This document shows positions 1 to 14,400 of a DNA stretch of 64,000 bases, one piece after another. Source of the DNA: Ramazzottius varieornatus (Eukaryota > Animalia > Tardigrada); assembly GCA_001949185.1 (NCBI GenBank), contig BDGG01000001.1, forward strand, positions 3,365,324-3,429,323. The letters are read 5' to 3'. Within the stretch, counting starts at the first letter, position 1. Each line of letters begins with the position of its first letter. A program made the translations under genes and the position numbers. Below the pieces are notes generated by a model that made no database searches, was not told where the DNA came from, and saw only the letters and a program-made list of their open reading frames with translations.

Positions 1-37
1 CAAAGTCCGAAAGAGTACGAGTACTTTTGCTTTTCAG

Positions 38-195
38 TTGGAAGTTCGATAGAGGTTGAACACACTCCCGATCCTACCCAGGACCAAGTTGATTCTCTCC
101 ATCGAGAATATCTGTCCCAACTGGAAAGCCTATTTTATGCGCATCGGGAAGCTTGCGGATATCCCAATGAAACCTTGGAATTCATAGATAATTGA
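38..195 (+). CDS. Last exon of a DGAT2/MOGAT-family acylglycerol acyltransferase (gene starts upstream of window)
   Basis: After acceptor ttttcag (31-37) the frame reads (V)GSSIEVEHTPDPTQDQVDSLHREYLSQLESLFYAHREACGYPNETLEFIDN*, resembling the DAGAT-family C-terminus (VG.PI.V...P.P..E.VD.LH..Y...L..LF..HK). Confidence 0.75.
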
Positions 196-1469
196 CAATA
201 GCACTGTTTTCCTCTTTCTTGCCGATCCGGCTAACAATAATAATTATGATCTATTCCTGACAGTATGTCGATGTCAACCATGCGAGCTCTTCGTACTCTG
301 AAAGTTCTGAATTAGTGAAACACGTGCCCCTTACTGTTCGAATTCCAGCTGAGTTGCCATGAATGTGTTTCGGCCTATGTAAACAAAAGCTAATTAATAA
401 GACGTCAGTTATATCTCCCTTGGAATGCCTCTGCTCAGGATTCTTCGGCAGTAGCAGCGTAATACGGTAATCGAAGATTACTTCCGGGTTCCAACGATCC
501 TCACTCGCTAACTTGCTAAAGATGCTAATCAATCTATGCCAAAATCAACCGCCGCAGAAACAGCTTCTGATGTTCTATGGTTGATTGTTGATTGATCGTC
601 AACAGTCAGTGTCCATTTCTGATTTCTCCTTCTCCACCTTAGATCTTTGATGTGGTCTGATCATCTCTCCACGAAGTGGTACCTCTGTCTGACATCCTCG
701 TGCTTACTATGCTGGAAGCTTCAGTTTGGTGAGGAGGATCAGAATTTGGTGGTGTGCAGAGGATAAGGGCGCATAGCTGGGGAGGATCTTAGGCTTAGAT
801 ACGAGGTAGCCGAAGACAGCACGTAAAGATCGCTAGCCGGGACCAGCGCACTCTCTCTTGCAGCATACGTCGAGAACCACCTGCACCTTCAGCCAGAACC
901 ATCCCATAAGCGTCAAGCTCTGAGGGTAGCTAACCCCACTCCTGAACGTCGAAGCACTCCCGGGATGTCCGGCGCACACAGGTATGTCTACAGCATAGAT
1001 ACTCGATAATAAGTCAACTTGCCATGATGGCCGCATGATCGGTTGTCTTATACGTTTTGGGGGAATGTTTTCTAAAGGGGCTCGACTCTCGAGGTTCTCA
1101 TCTATTGACCGAGTATTCTGATCAGAACATGGAGCTTTACTGCAGATTTCTTGTCTGGTTCCGTTACTGCACGTACTCTGAATCAGGAGCAACAGACTGA
1201 TAGATTTTCGTTATTGTCGTTTTCGCATACCTCTATAGAAAAACAAACGTATCAATCGCGCTGCTATGTTTCTCGTTGTTGCAATGTTCGCATCGTATCA
1301 CTGTAGCATGCTGCGAGTGTAGTGACAGGGCGAATGGCAATGCCACAGTCTCATGCTGTGATACCAGTGTCGAAAGGATTTGATGTGAAAGTTCGGCCCA
1401 GGTGCTGATGTTGCTGCTTGCTAAGCACTGCCGATACCAAGACCTTCACTCCGTCAAAGCCATTATTTT

Positions 1470-2031
1470 ATGGCCGCGAACTCGGTTGCGTTCTGCAAGG
1501 TTGCTCTTAGCACATTGCTGTATTTTCAGGAAAACCGATCATTCAAGTGGCAGCAGTCGCTTTTCAAATGTACCTCCACTGGGCAGCAAGAAATCATCAG
1601 AGTCCCGTTCGGCAACCATCGATCCCAAAACAGGCAAAAACAGGAGGCAGCCTATCGTCGGTGGGACCGTGCGGAACCACTCAAGTCGACGGTTGAGGAA
1701 CAAACATCTCGAGCTAATGCCATTGCTGAAATCGACGCAGGCGATTTCACCCCACAAGCGTTTCAGTCAAGGCGAGGCACGGCCGAGGTAAAATTTCGAG
1801 AAATATTCGGATCGTGTTGGCTTTTCTTATTTTCATGTATTTTATTTGGCCTAGGAGAAGCTGAACGTGAATCACGCCCAAGAGTCAAGTGACAAACAGC
1901 TATCTGCAGTCTTTAGCGGACCCGTGGAAGGACTCATCAGTCATCAGCTTTTGCGACCTTCGGAACAAGAACGCATGGAGCAGCAGGCCAGAGTCTTCAC
2001 TGATATTCGGAGTGCAATGCTTTCACAGTAG
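1470..2031 (+). CDS. RSRC1/SRrp53-like protein (C-terminal conserved region); start uncertain
   Basis: STVEEQTSRANAIAEIDAGDFTPQAFQSRR resembles the RSRC1 motif ([29 protein letters not shown], from memory). GT-AG intron 1788-1854, then a final exon EKLNV...GLISHQLLRPSEQERMEQQARVFTDIRSAMLSQ*. Confidence 0.5.
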
Positions 2032-2629
2032 TCATTGCGACTTGAAGAATTTCAAACTTGTCGAGAGACGACGGCGAATTTTTCGATGTTTCTCTGGCTT
2101 TTGTCCGATGTATGGAAAAAGAGGTTTCCTACATTGTTATTCTTGATTTCTCGGTGCGCTTCCGTCCGTTTAGCTTTCCCTGTCTCCTCATCTGGGATCG
2201 CCATGACGCGATCCGGTTGGACAGTAGGGTGAAAGTGGGCTCCCTTCTTTTGTGAACGAAGCTCGACGTGGGAATAATACCCATCTTTCGAATGTGCACA
2301 GAATGTTCTGAAAGAAAGAAGCGAACTCTGCAAAGCAGTCCTTTCGATCTTTATCTGCTACACAGTTGAGTGTGGCAGTCTCTGGAGAGTGGGGACTTAC
2401 GATCAATGGCCAGAAGCATAGTCTTCCTGAAGAACAGCTTTTTCGTCTGGCCTCTATTCTTGTGGGTCCACAAGGAACTTACTCGTTCCAGTCCTTTCTC
2501 ACCACCAATCAGTTGAATGAATAGACACCATTCTTACATTTTCATGTTGTGCGATTCTTGCTGCAATGTGAACGAGCTTGGCCAGTCTAACCCGGGGAGA
2601 ATATCATAAACTAAACGATCACATAATAA

Positions 2630-2755
2630 GCTGGGCAAACAAAACCTACAAGTTCGCCATCTTCAGTAGCGCACCCTTCCTGCCAATAACAATGAAAACG
2701 TGTGCCAGTCGATACATAGTATAACCAACCACCTTGTACGTCTTGTGTGCCCGGC
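2630..2755. repeat. Degenerate copy of ~130-bp fold-back repeat family (intergenic); boundaries approximate
   Basis: Core agtagcgcacccttcctgccaataacaatgaaaacgtgtgccagt matches agtggcgcatcctctcagccaataataatgaaaacgtgcgccact at ~13777. Confidence 0.6.
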
Positions 2756-3050
2756 TCGCACATTATTGGTTTGGGAGAACAGACCTGCAACGTGAGGAGG
2801 CCTTCCTCACCGATGAGAACTTCCGGATACTGGGCATGCAGCACAACCTTTCCTTTGCCTGGTATGGGGTTGCCAAGCTCGACGCATTCAGGAGGCATCA
2901 CACCGAAAGGCTGCTTCAGAAAACTGTGTGCATGAACGATCTTCGCGCCATCTGAAATGTATAAGCAATTGGGATTCTTTCGTTCATCGCGAAGCAGAAC
3001 CGTACTAAGCTATAACAAGATTTCAGTAGGTTACACTGTTGCAATTATTA

Positions 3051-3319
3051 CAGACATTAAGTTGCCACCGCCAGATGAAAGTCCCACTGTAGCTAAGATG
3101 AGGTGCAACGTCACTCATAAGCGCAGCAGCTGATCAGAACTTTGAATAGTTGGGCAGCCACTATGCTTCACAATGCTAGCCAACCGTAACTCCGATTACG
3201 CTGTTTTTCGAAAATAAGGGGAGCTCCGGCAAGCAAAATGTAGTTATACGTCACGAAAGGGGCGGAGCAAGGTCGTAGCTACAGTTGCAAAGTGAACGGG
3301 GGTGGCAACTTAATCTCTA
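3051..3319. mobile_element. Non-autonomous Tc1/mariner-type MITE (~270 bp)
   Basis: Imperfect TIR cagacattaagttgccacc / ggtggcaacttaatctcta flanked by TA on both sides; inner inverted pair actgtagct / agctacagt. Confidence 0.7.
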
Positions 3320-3922
3320 TAATGTCTCATGAATGTTGTGCTTAATGCTTTCTAAATTCTAATTAGCAAGTCATTGTTAACGCTTTTCGCGACCAACTAA
3401 TCAAGTGGGTTAGTACGTCAGTTCGCGGAAGCATCAGTGGGACTCCCGATGGATTCACACATCTGAATGATCTGATGATATTTAGAAGAATGCGTTCGTT
3501 CGTAGAGCGCACGAAGACGCATGATATCTGTGGTATATCGAAAGTGCAAACTGGCCGGAAGCGCTTCAACATTCGCTGTATACAACAGTCCGTTTCCGTC
3601 TGATGTACCTGCGCAGTTCTGTCATCGTACGGCCATGACTTTGCGCTTGCATACAGGTAAGAGTTATGGTATTTGAGGCAGATAGAAAGTGAGCTGCTGA
3701 ACTTGACTTTGAATGTTCGGCATTACGGTGGCTCGCATGAAAGTGATCTTGCTCTCTATAGGCATTACAATAGAGTGATGCCACACTTTGTGTCGATAAT
3801 CTGATAAATTTTGGATTGGACTGCAATTTCTGTGGATCTCAGCAACAGATTAACCAAGAGGATTTCTCGGAACTCGGAAGTCGGAAGCTGTTTGACGGGA
3901 AATACCACCGGAAGTATATTTG

Positions 3923-6900
3923 ATGCATCAGCTGGACGTGTTTCAACATGCCACACCCATTTGGCTCTTTGGCTGGCTGACCCTACTCTCCAGCTCATCA
4001 TCCCGCGAAATCACTCGTTGTAGCCATATTCCTCCAACTCGTTCACAGGTGACACATTTCGAAAAGATTACTATGTTCCGCAAATTAGAACCTTGACGAT
4101 GTTCGTAGTTACTCCGCGCGGCTGCATATATACCTGTTCATGTTTTTCGTCCGGGTTGTCGACAGAGTTTATAATCTGAATTCGTGAATGTTTCGGCTTT
4201 ACAGGTTCTTCCGCCGGTTTCCCTAGAGTCGGAGCATACCGTCAGAAAACGAAGTGTCGATTCAGAATGGAACAACCTACGGATTTCGATATTCTATGAC
4301 GACCCGAGTTTACAGGCGTAAGTACTCGATTGCTTCCTCATTGCCATTTCGATCATTGACGCTGGGCATTCTCGTGTTTCCGTGTTTCTAAAACGGTGGG
4401 CCGTGATTGCGGGTTTCCTGCATGACCTTGTCAGTTCAGTGAGCGGTTTTTTACGTATGATTTGTTTTGTAGGTTATCTGCCAAGCGTCAAAGCCTAATC
4501 AAGGTACCAACTTCTAAAAATATGGTCTCAATCGCGGTCCTCTGCGGCGGTTTGCTGTTGAAAACACTTATGTCATTGGTATTATTAATTTGTTGTCTTA
4601 CTTTAGGACATCATTTTGCCCAGGGCGGTCAAGTTTTGGAGCGATACTTTGAAAGTCATCCAAAGTCAAGAGCCGATACGGCTTCACAGGTACACCTTGA
4701 ATACTACAGTATAGAAGAATAAGTGGAAAAATGAAGATGGTGATTTCGTTGATCAATGAGATGATTCTGCGTTGTTTGCTCAAGCGAACGCTTGTTTGTC
4801 ACGTTTGATACACGCTTACGGTCGATTTACGGTTGTGTATGAGCGGAATTCTAACGAGGTTCCGTATTTGTTTCCAGGAAGTGCCAGTCCAACGCTGTAA
4901 GCTGAACCGTCTTTTACGAGTGCTTGCCGCTTCTTGAACTGTTTTCTGTAAGTGTTTCGGTCGCTCTTCTTGCTCAGGCCGGCGAGTACAAGGTCCACTA
5001 TCCGGATCCATCCCACCCGGAAATTTTTTATTGTGACAAAGGGTGCGACGCCATAAGGTAGGCTTCCGATGCGTCAGCCCGATTTTGCAGTAGATGGTAC
5101 AGTAGGCTAATTGGTTCCATTGACTGTAGTTACTGCGGCGATGTGCCCATCCCCGACCAACACCTACTGCAGTGTCTGTACCTGTTGGAATCCACACGGC
5201 GGATTTCGTTCCTCGGGATTGATTTGCGTTTGGCGCCAGCCGTAAAGCAAGTCAGTGGTCCACCCGATGGACCTGGCGTTGCAAACACCGACTTCATTCT
5301 GTATGTCTCCACGCTGGAGACCGAAAGATGCAACGTTTCAAAGACGGTTGCGTATGCTGCGCATTGCCAACAAGAGATGACTTTTGACCGGTACGAGTAC
5401 ATCACCATTGTTATCTATCAAAAGGGGTTTCTGACCGATGTTTGTCACTGCAGACCTATCGCGGGACATGTAAACTTGTGTCCGCGAAGCCTTTCGGATA
5501 ACCCGTCCGACATCGAGTCCATCTTGTCCACAGTAAAACATGAGATCTTACACGCACTGGGCTTCTCTGTGGCGCTCTTTGCCTTCTTCCGTGATCCGGC
5601 AACCATGAAGCCTCGCACGCCGAGGGACAAATATGGTCGGCCTTCCTGGAATAGCGAGTAAGTCACATATCGCTATTCAACCTTTTTTTCCGGTCTTGTA
5701 ACGTGAAGAGAATTGTAGGAAAAGTACGCGTATGTAAACTTTTCCGCCCTGTTGATTTTTACATTTGAATTTTGTATCTTGCTCAGGACCAACACGTATC
5801 AGTGGTCGCCGGATACCATCAAGCAAGTAGTTCGCAGTGGATGGGAAGTCCGCGGTGGAACAGTCAACCGTCCGATGCAAATGTTCGTTACTCCTCGGGT
5901 GACGGAAGAAGCAAGGAAGCAGTTCGCATGCGATACGTTGGAAGGAGCCGAGCTAGAAAACCAAGGTGGCGACGGCACGGCTTTGACGCATTGGGAAAAG
6001 CGAATCTTCGAGAATGAAGCTATGACTGGTGTCCACACGCAAGATCCCGTCTACTCGAACGTCACGCTCGCCCTTCTGGAAGACTCTGGATGGTATCGGC
6101 CAGATTACCGCGCTGCGAACGTGCTTATGTTCGGGCATCGGCTCGGTTGTGATTTCGCCCAGAAGAGCTGCAAGCACTGGCTGGACCAGGCTCGCGGATC
6201 CAAGTACGACTCGCTGTTGAGCAGTTCATATTTATCAGAAACTCCAGTGAATGCTGTGGTTTGACAGGAAGTCTCCAAGTCCGTACTGTGACAAGCCGAA
6301 GAATACAGCAATCAACAAGATGGTGAAGACAGAGTGTAATGTCGACAGTTCTTCCTTGTCGATCTGCAACCTTTCGCCGTTCCCACAGCCACTGCCAAAA
6401 GAGTACCAGAACTTCGACAGTATTGCCGGCGTGCCAGATGATAGAGTGGCCTATTATGGTGGTTCGGTAGATCTGGCGGACTACTGCCCTTACATGCAGG
6501 TAACCAGTCTGTTATCCCTCTGGTTTACGTCCGAGGTGAAGTCTCGGTATCAGCTGGACCTTATATGTCTCTAGGAGTTTAGCTGGAAGAGCCCGACGGG
6601 TATCGTACGTGGCTCCAAATGCACCGAGCCGGAGAATCAACCTGGTAAGGACATACCACAACGTCACGCTTTTGTGGAGTCGACCACCGTAGCTTCGTTT
6701 TCTTGAAACGGACACGCTCTGGAAGCAGAAGCTAGTAATATGGCTATGCAGTCGTATGAGTGATTGTTTCAGATGCAGCAATGAACTTCGCGTTGGAGAA
6801 GTACAGCAGTCAGAGCAGGTGCTTCTACCAAAACAAAGCCTGGTCGGAAAGGACTTGCCAGTATACGCGTACGTGGCAGCACTGGGGAAGTGGATGCTAT

Positions 6901-7556
6901 CAGGTACGTATTTCAAACACCTTGGATAAATTGATATCTTCTGTACTGGAATCTTCTTCTCTTTCAGTATCGCTGCGCAAATGGTCGGCTCGAGCTCCAA
7001 GTCGAGAACCGTACTTTTACTTGTTACGCAGCCGGTCAAACGTTAACTCTACAAATTCTCGGCAACGAATGGCTTCACAGTGGTACAGTGGTCTGTCCGT
7101 CCTGTTCAGATGTCTGCGAGGTGAGTTTCATACCGTGAAAGATGAACTATAATGGCGGAAGTTTCCGTCATTCGGCTTCGTCGGCAAAAAATTCTTGTTT
7201 CACGCACCTGCATATACGATCACACAAAGCACTGCTCATGGACCGTTATATGCAGGTGGGTGAGATCAAGATGCATTGTACACGCCGGCCTTTATATCCC
7301 GTTTTATGTTCCGCGTGGTAAAGGGGGCTGTTTGGTTCGACAGGGGAATGGCGATGGTTTTGAATGTTTGCCGGACTCTTCGCTGGCGGAGGAACAACTC
7401 GAGAAGACGACATGGGACGACATGTCGTGTTCGGGTCGACGTTCAAGCTCAGCATCGGTGATTCTGTTCTTCGCTTCACTGATCGTCTGCTTTAGTTTAA
7501 CAAAGTCCGTCTCTTCAAATAGGGGCACCGTCGCAGTCGTAATAAGGGTGGGATAG
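3923..7556 (+). CDS. LMLN: Leishmanolysin-like peptidase (invadolysin, peptidase M8), multi-exon
   Basis: HEILH zinc motif, GAELENQGGDGTALTHWEKRIFENEAMTG, TLALLEDSGWY, YYGGSVDLADYCPY; hydrophobic N-terminus and a GPI/TM-like C-terminus. Confidence 0.93.
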
Positions 7557-8172
7557 TCCCTCGTTGATTTTACCCGAATTCCGGTTTCATTCCAGCACGT
7601 TGCTGTTCCCAGTTGATCTACTGTGATAATTATAGAGTTGCACGTACATAGATATATTGTTAGTACGAAACCGTTCGTTTTGCTTTTCGGATCGGCATAG
7701 TCATGCCGTATCCACACAGTCCAGCTTTTTAAGCAAACAAGTTTCGAGTTTGATAGTTGATCGCATTCTTGCCACTCTTTCCATACCCAAGTATTTTTGA
7801 CCATGATGGTATTCTTCCGACCAGAACTGTCCATCGGAACACCTTTATTTTATGGTGCAGTAGGCAAGACATCCAGCCGTCAAAATTCAAGAACACTGCA
7901 GGCAGTACCGTTACAAGTGAAGCGAACGGAAAGAAAATCCAGACAGGAGTCAGTCGAAAAACTGGAAGAAACGCCTTCGAAACCGAAAGCCGAGAAACCA
8001 GTTTCTGCTGTTGAAACAAAACGAAAATAAATAAAAAGGTAAAACAGCCAAATATGAAGAAAAGTAGGCCTAAATCAGAACACCGCAAAATATTTTAGCG
8101 ATATCCTAATAAGACAGCTCTGTCTGAGCAAAATACTATACGGAAACCTGAAAGGTTTTCACGATGGAAGCC

Positions 8173-10718
8173 TCAGTAAAGATCTCCAATCGGGGCGCTG
8201 GCCAACCAAAGTGTATGGAGGTACTCGTACAAAGGCGGCGATACCGACACCTAAAATTAGATTTTCGGTGTATGGATTTTCCTTTAGAGTTGTGAGTGTT
8301 TTCTTACCTTGTAGGGAGTTGGGTTCAAGCGTCGTTTGTGGTCATTACGCAACAGCCGAAGGTTTCGCTGCACATTGTTTCGGAGCTCTTCGAGCGAAGG
8401 AAGCTTCTCAAAGAACACTTTGCCGTTTTGGAAGTACAGGTCGTGCAGACACTCCACACTAGTTGGAAGAGCGTAAGTACGTTTGGCTTCCTACAAAATA
8501 ACCCGTAAGCGGAATCGAAAACGACGCATGAAGTTGTCTCTCACATGGCTCATACAGTAAGTACCTCAAAGGGGTGGCGGCAAAGATGGCGCTTTCCCGC
8601 TTCAGGTGGCGGTTCGTCAACCGTCTGAATGACATCGATGAGATATTCAGCGTATTCATCTTCACCTTTGATGATTCGGTAAATTACTTTTCGGCCCGGG
8701 ATGGTAAGCTTGGCGGCATCTTGACTAATCTTCATCCGTGGCTGGCCGTCGATTTCGACCAACTAGAAAAGCCACATCCTAAAGTACACAGGCAGCGCCG
8801 ACTGACTTACACATGTATATATACCCACAAGATTGAGTGAAAGACTACCTTGTAGACACAGCCAAGAGCGGGCTGTTTTTGACAAGTGACCAGGTGGGTT
8901 CCCACACCGAAGCAATCAATCTGATGCTCCTGCTCGTTAAGTGAGTAAATGGTCTCTTCCTTCAGATCGTTACTTGCCACGATCTTTGCGGTAGCGAGTG
9001 CGGGAAAGGAAAACCTACACGCAGACACATAATAGCCAATGTCATAGCCAGCAAAGAGTGATGACTTAGGAAAGGGACCGAACCTCAGTTCGCGATAATT
9101 TCGTACCGGTGAGCTACTTTCTTGAAGAGCAATCTTGCTTCCTTCGACAAATACGCCAAATCTCCCGAATCTATTCGCACACCAACTGCAGCGTACCCTA
9201 AGTCATGCAGAGCTTTGGCAACCGCACAGAAGTTCAACAGGCCGCTCCTGCGAAAAGAGCAGGTTCAGACAATTAATCGCTCATAATGACAGTGGTTCGT
9301 GCAGTTCCTTTACCTTCATTTACACTCTTACCGAAGTGTGTCAAACGTATCAACGAGGGCCAAAAACCCGTTGGGAAACGCCATGGCATACGCAGCGAAA
9401 GCGGCCAGTTCTCCGTTGTTACCTCCGCTTCCGCTCTCAGCATCATCAACCACGCGGAATAAGGGCGACATCTCAGATCGGTATCTCAAGCAAAGCTCGA
9501 GGAAGTCGACTTCTTTCCCAGACTCTTTGTGTTTCATGGTCTGAAAGTTAACAATGGAATTATATATCAGCAACCTACACAACACAAATTCGGCTCAAGA
9601 ACGCACCATGTTTTTGACTTCGTCTAAGCTGGTGAAAGCTGCGACAAACGAGTGTGCGTGCGTTCCTTTGGCGGGAATGTTGAACAGCTTCCCGGCAAGA
9701 GCATTCGAAGTTCCGTCGAAACCTAATCAAAATATTTACTACATAACCATCAACAGATAAATGTGCCAACGAAGCTTCTCAACATAAAACAAAGACTTAT
9801 CAAGCAGTTACCTCCAATATAGACGTATTTGGAAGCTGAGACCGCGCCGTCTGGTCCTTGAGCTCTGCGCAGTCCGAACTCTAGCAGTTCCTTCTTTTCT
9901 CCGGCAGCTCGTCTTATGCGGGCAGCGTTCGTCGCTACAAGACTAAACAGAAAAACAGAATAATTTTTGCGTCAAAAATATGGGCGTACTGTAGAGCCTG
10001 TAGTGGAACATTACCTGGGAAAGTTGATCAAGGTAAGGAGGGTCGTTTCGAGGAGTTGAGCGACGGGTAAAGGTCCTTCAATTCTAACCAGAGGCTCTCG
10101 CGGGAACACCACACTACCTTCGGCAATAGCGTACACGCTAATGTCTTTTGTAGTTAGGTCTTGCAGGTAGTGGAAGAACTCGTCCTCGCATCCAGGTGGC
10201 ATTACTGATTTTATATACCGTATATCTGAAACAAACAACATAATAAGCCCATTTGGCCTCATCTGCCGCGGCATACTGCGCGATGGTGCCCCGAGGGAAC
10301 TGGTACTACCGTATTCCTATACTAATAATTATGGTAATCAGCATGACTTTGCTTACCGTCTTCGGAGAAGTGGAACGAGGAAATGTAGCGAAGAACTTCC
10401 TCCAGACCAGCGAATATTGTGTACTCTCCATCGAAAGGGTTCTTCCGGAAGAAAAGGTCGAAAACTGCATGAGCGTCTTTCTTCCCTGATTTCCAGTAGG
10501 CGTAAGCCATCGTCAGCTGATACAAGTCTAGAGAAAAGATACATATAGGCTATAGCAAAGACACGGTGATTATATAATTGTTAGCATGGGTTGATACCTG
10601 TTAGTAAGGGTTGCGTCAAACTATTAGTCGGACGGAAATCCTCCTTGCTCCAGTCCTTCTTTGGTCTTTCGAGTCCGTCCACTTCCCCATCGACCATACC
10701 GTCCGTCGCTTGTGGCAT
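8173..10718 (-). CDS. NAPRT: Nicotinate phosphoribosyltransferase, multi-exon
   Basis: [88 protein letters not shown]-terminal [15 protein letters not shown]. Confidence 0.95.
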
Positions 10719-11429
10719 GTTCTACCAGGAGCTCGGGATGCAGGAGCGCACGTTGGAGCATACGGAGGAAGCCCAGTTGTCGCCTACACTCCCACACTAA
10801 ACGCAACTTCGTAGGCAACCGGAAGCAGTGCTGAAAAGATGGAAACTTTCACGTCCGGGGTATCTCGAAGGCCCGAATGGAACTTCGTGAAAGGTACAAG
10901 CTGTCTGGATGTACGGAGACGCAGGGAAAAAGCGTCACGTGCGTTCGAAGACTTGTAGTTGTGGATGGATGAATTCACTAATGATTAAGCGAAGATTTAA
11001 CTAACTGGTAACAGCGAGTTTGCGGTGGAGGTCGCGGTGGCCAGATTGAAGAATTCGTCTTGATTCAGTCATTACTTCAAAGTCCCGATTATTCGGTTCG
11101 GGCAATCAAAATATGCATGAGTTGATTGTAAATCAAGCAATTTGTTTCTTGATTGCCCCAACCAACTGATCGGGTCTTCGAAGTACCGTCACTTGTATGA
11201 ATGAGTCATTCATAACTAACAAGCTTTATGGAAAATTATTGCCATTTTGTCATTACTCCTACGGTCGTACCTCTTCCCGAATCTGACGGATTCTTCCTGT
11301 TCTTCCCTTTCAGGCCTTTGAGGTTGTCATCATCACCAGGAGCCCCGCTACAGTGTCCAGTTGGGCTGAACTAGACACGCGGAACCGCGGACAAGCCTTT
11401 GTGGACGGAGGAGTTTCCCAATTAGCAGA

Positions 11430-14400
11430 ATGGAGTCGAGGAAAGGTGCGGGAGATTTCCTTGTGCGTTCCATGAAGAAGCACACTGTTCGTACAAAGGA
11501 AAGAGTGAGTATTCCTGTTTGTGATATCTGATTATCGGGGATGACGTCTATACGAATTATATGTTGATCATTCGAGAATTAAGATGATTAGGGTCTTGTA
11601 CATTATATAGGCTGTATGGATATATGGATTCACTATCATATTCAATTAGTGACTGATTAACTTGTCTTTTTCCTCGTCATGCTAGATGTTAGAGAAGCTT
11701 GGAAAGTCGGAAAAGACGCAAGACGAACTCTTCAACGAATATGTGAACAACATCGGGAAGCAGCAGGTAAATCCCTGTTGTTCACAGTCCATACGAAAAC
11801 TTGAACATTCTGTTTTGCAAAGCATATCTACACAACTATATCTTTGACAGAACAACGCACTGAGGCTTCAGAAGGAACTGAAAAACTACTTGGCATGCGT
11901 GAAGGGTGAGTTTATAATGGGCATTACGCATGATGTGTAACAGAAAGCAAAAAACGTGCGATCTCGTATTATTTCGAGTCGTTATCGAGTTTCATATACG
12001 TTGTCTGGATTGGTTGAATTTTTAGCAATGGAGCTCGCTACAAAGAGCTTAAATGACGCTGTAACCGAGTGTTATGAGTCGGAGTGGCCCGGACATTCTC
12101 AGTTGCAAAACTTGAAGGAAGACCTGCAGCTCCTCGCTGGTGATCGCGCGAAGAACCTCGGAGAGGATTTGCAGAATAATATGCAGCTGTATCTGAACCA
12201 GTTCGAACCAGCAAAGGTGCGTACAGCCGTACTCTCACGACACTACGCTTCACAAGAGAAATTTCTTTTTGTTCTTAAGGCCAAAATCAGTAAACGAAAT
12301 CGGAAGTTGACGGACTTCGACGCGGCGCGATACAACTTACAGGCTCAGCTGAATGCAGCGAAAAGGAACGATGCAAAGGCTGCTAAGGTATTATACTAAA
12401 TGTTTTTTCTTTCGCGGGCCTCTTGATAACATTTCGTCACGACTTATCTGCATCCCATATTCTTTTGAACTTCTGTAGGCGCAAGACGAACACGACGCTG
12501 CTCAGAAGTTGTATGAGAGCATCAACGACGAACTTCACCGAGAACTACCAGCTCTTTACGACAGTCGTCTAGGGTTTTACGGAAATACTCTCAAAACGGT
12601 CTGGGAAAGCGAAGCCGCCTATCACACTGATTCCGGAAAGGTAGAAGCTTCCATAGTAAATTTCGGCAAATAGATGCGCCTCACATGGTAGACTTCTGGG
12701 TAGACTACGTGTTTGCATGTTTTACGTTACAGTGCTACGAAAGGTTGGCTGGGTTCGCGAACGACTTAGCTGAGCAAGGCCGCAGCAGCTACAAGATCGC
12801 ACCATCGCTGACGAACATTGGTCGGAAACCCACCATGTAGGATTTCTCTAGCTTCTAATATCACTGTAGTGTACAGTGTACTCATGATTGATTTTCTGAC
12901 GATTCAGAAGCGGTCCAATCCACCAAGACTCTATCACATCGCAGACACAAAGCATCACTTCTCCCACCGCCGAATTCAACCGCGACATCACAATCAAGAA
13001 TCACGAATCGCCAAGAACTGACACTCACGTCCGCGTCGTGTCTCCCACGCCCGGACTTCCACCCTACGAAGCAGCAGGTGTGTAGTTCTTCGCTCGGGAA
13101 GTATTCTTGATGAGGGGGACCCCTTATCAAGCTGGACAAGATCGTGTATCCAAGTGGCGCACGTTTGCAGTGGTATTGGCTGAAAGCGTGCTCCTTTGGG
13201 GAAATTGGCTTGTCAAGATTGTTCGCTGCGCTCCCAACTTTTTCATTTCGTACGGTTGGGTTGACTTATGAGCTGACCTTAGGTGCATTGTGCTTCTCTC
13301 GTAGCGATTACGCCGAGAAATCCAGTCGACTCTGCGCCCATTTCTGAACCAGTTCCGCTGCCCGCACTGCCGTCGAACCCGCCGCCGGTTCCCGTTGAAC
13401 GAACTTCCTCTGCTCGAGTCTATCCACAGCTGTCCACCGTGTATCCTCAGCTGCCAACAGTCGTCCCCCAAGTCCCAGCCACGGTCACATCCGAATCTAC
13501 TACGAAGGTTGTTCGACTGAGACGGCCTTCAACACCTTCCAGCGACGAGGACCACTTTGCCGATCCAGAGGCTCGATCTCCTGTCAGCGATGTCAAGCTG
13601 GAGTCTCTTCGCATAACCCACGAAGGTTCTGACACCGAAGAGCTGGCCGAAGCAAAAATGGTAAAGAAAGATTCAAAGACAGAGCTAAACGGAAAGCGCT
13701 ACAAGATACTTTACAAGGTAACGTTGAACAGTGCGTAACATGGGACGCAGGCAAACAAGTCCAGATCAGTTACCCAAGTGGCGCATCCTCTCAGCCAATA
13801 ATAATGAAAACGTGCGCCACTTGAGATAATCTGGGTGGAACCGTTTGCCGACGTCCTGTGTGCTCGTGTTGAAATTTCTTTGGTAAACTGACTTGAAACT
13901 GATTCTACAGGTCCGCGCGACGAATCCTTATTCGGCGGAAGACAACGACGAGCTATCCTTTGAAGCCAATGACATCATTTGGGTCGTACCCTACGAGAAT
14001 CCCGAAGAACAGGTAAGCCAAACCAGGTCTGCCTAGTATAACTCTGATTAGCCGAGTATATAGCATGCGAACAAAAAGAAGATAAGAGACCGTAGTACTT
14101 TATCAGGGTTATCATGAGTTCCAACAAAATTCGAAAACAGCAGATGAAACTAGCGTCGACAACATGGGGGGGGGGGGGTTCAACAGTTTGCGGTACTCGT
14201 ACACTAAGTTCGAGAGACAGCAGGCTATTCTAAGCGTTTGAAAAATTTGGGAGGTAAATGAAAGCCAACGGATCTAAGTTGCCTTGGGTTCTTCGTATCA
14301 GCTGCAGCGAGGACTTTGTGATGTTTTAAGTTGATCCGATCCCAGACGAGTTCTTGCAGTGATGGCACTGTCAGCCACTTCTTGAACACGAAGTCTGAGC

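Noticed and set aside
251-1192. Minus-strand ORFs of 93 and 119 aa
   Set aside because: No recognisable motif, and I could not join them into a phase-consistent gene.
14166-14178. Poly-G run (similar runs near 28452 and 51495)
   Set aside because: Simple homopolymers with no evidence of function.
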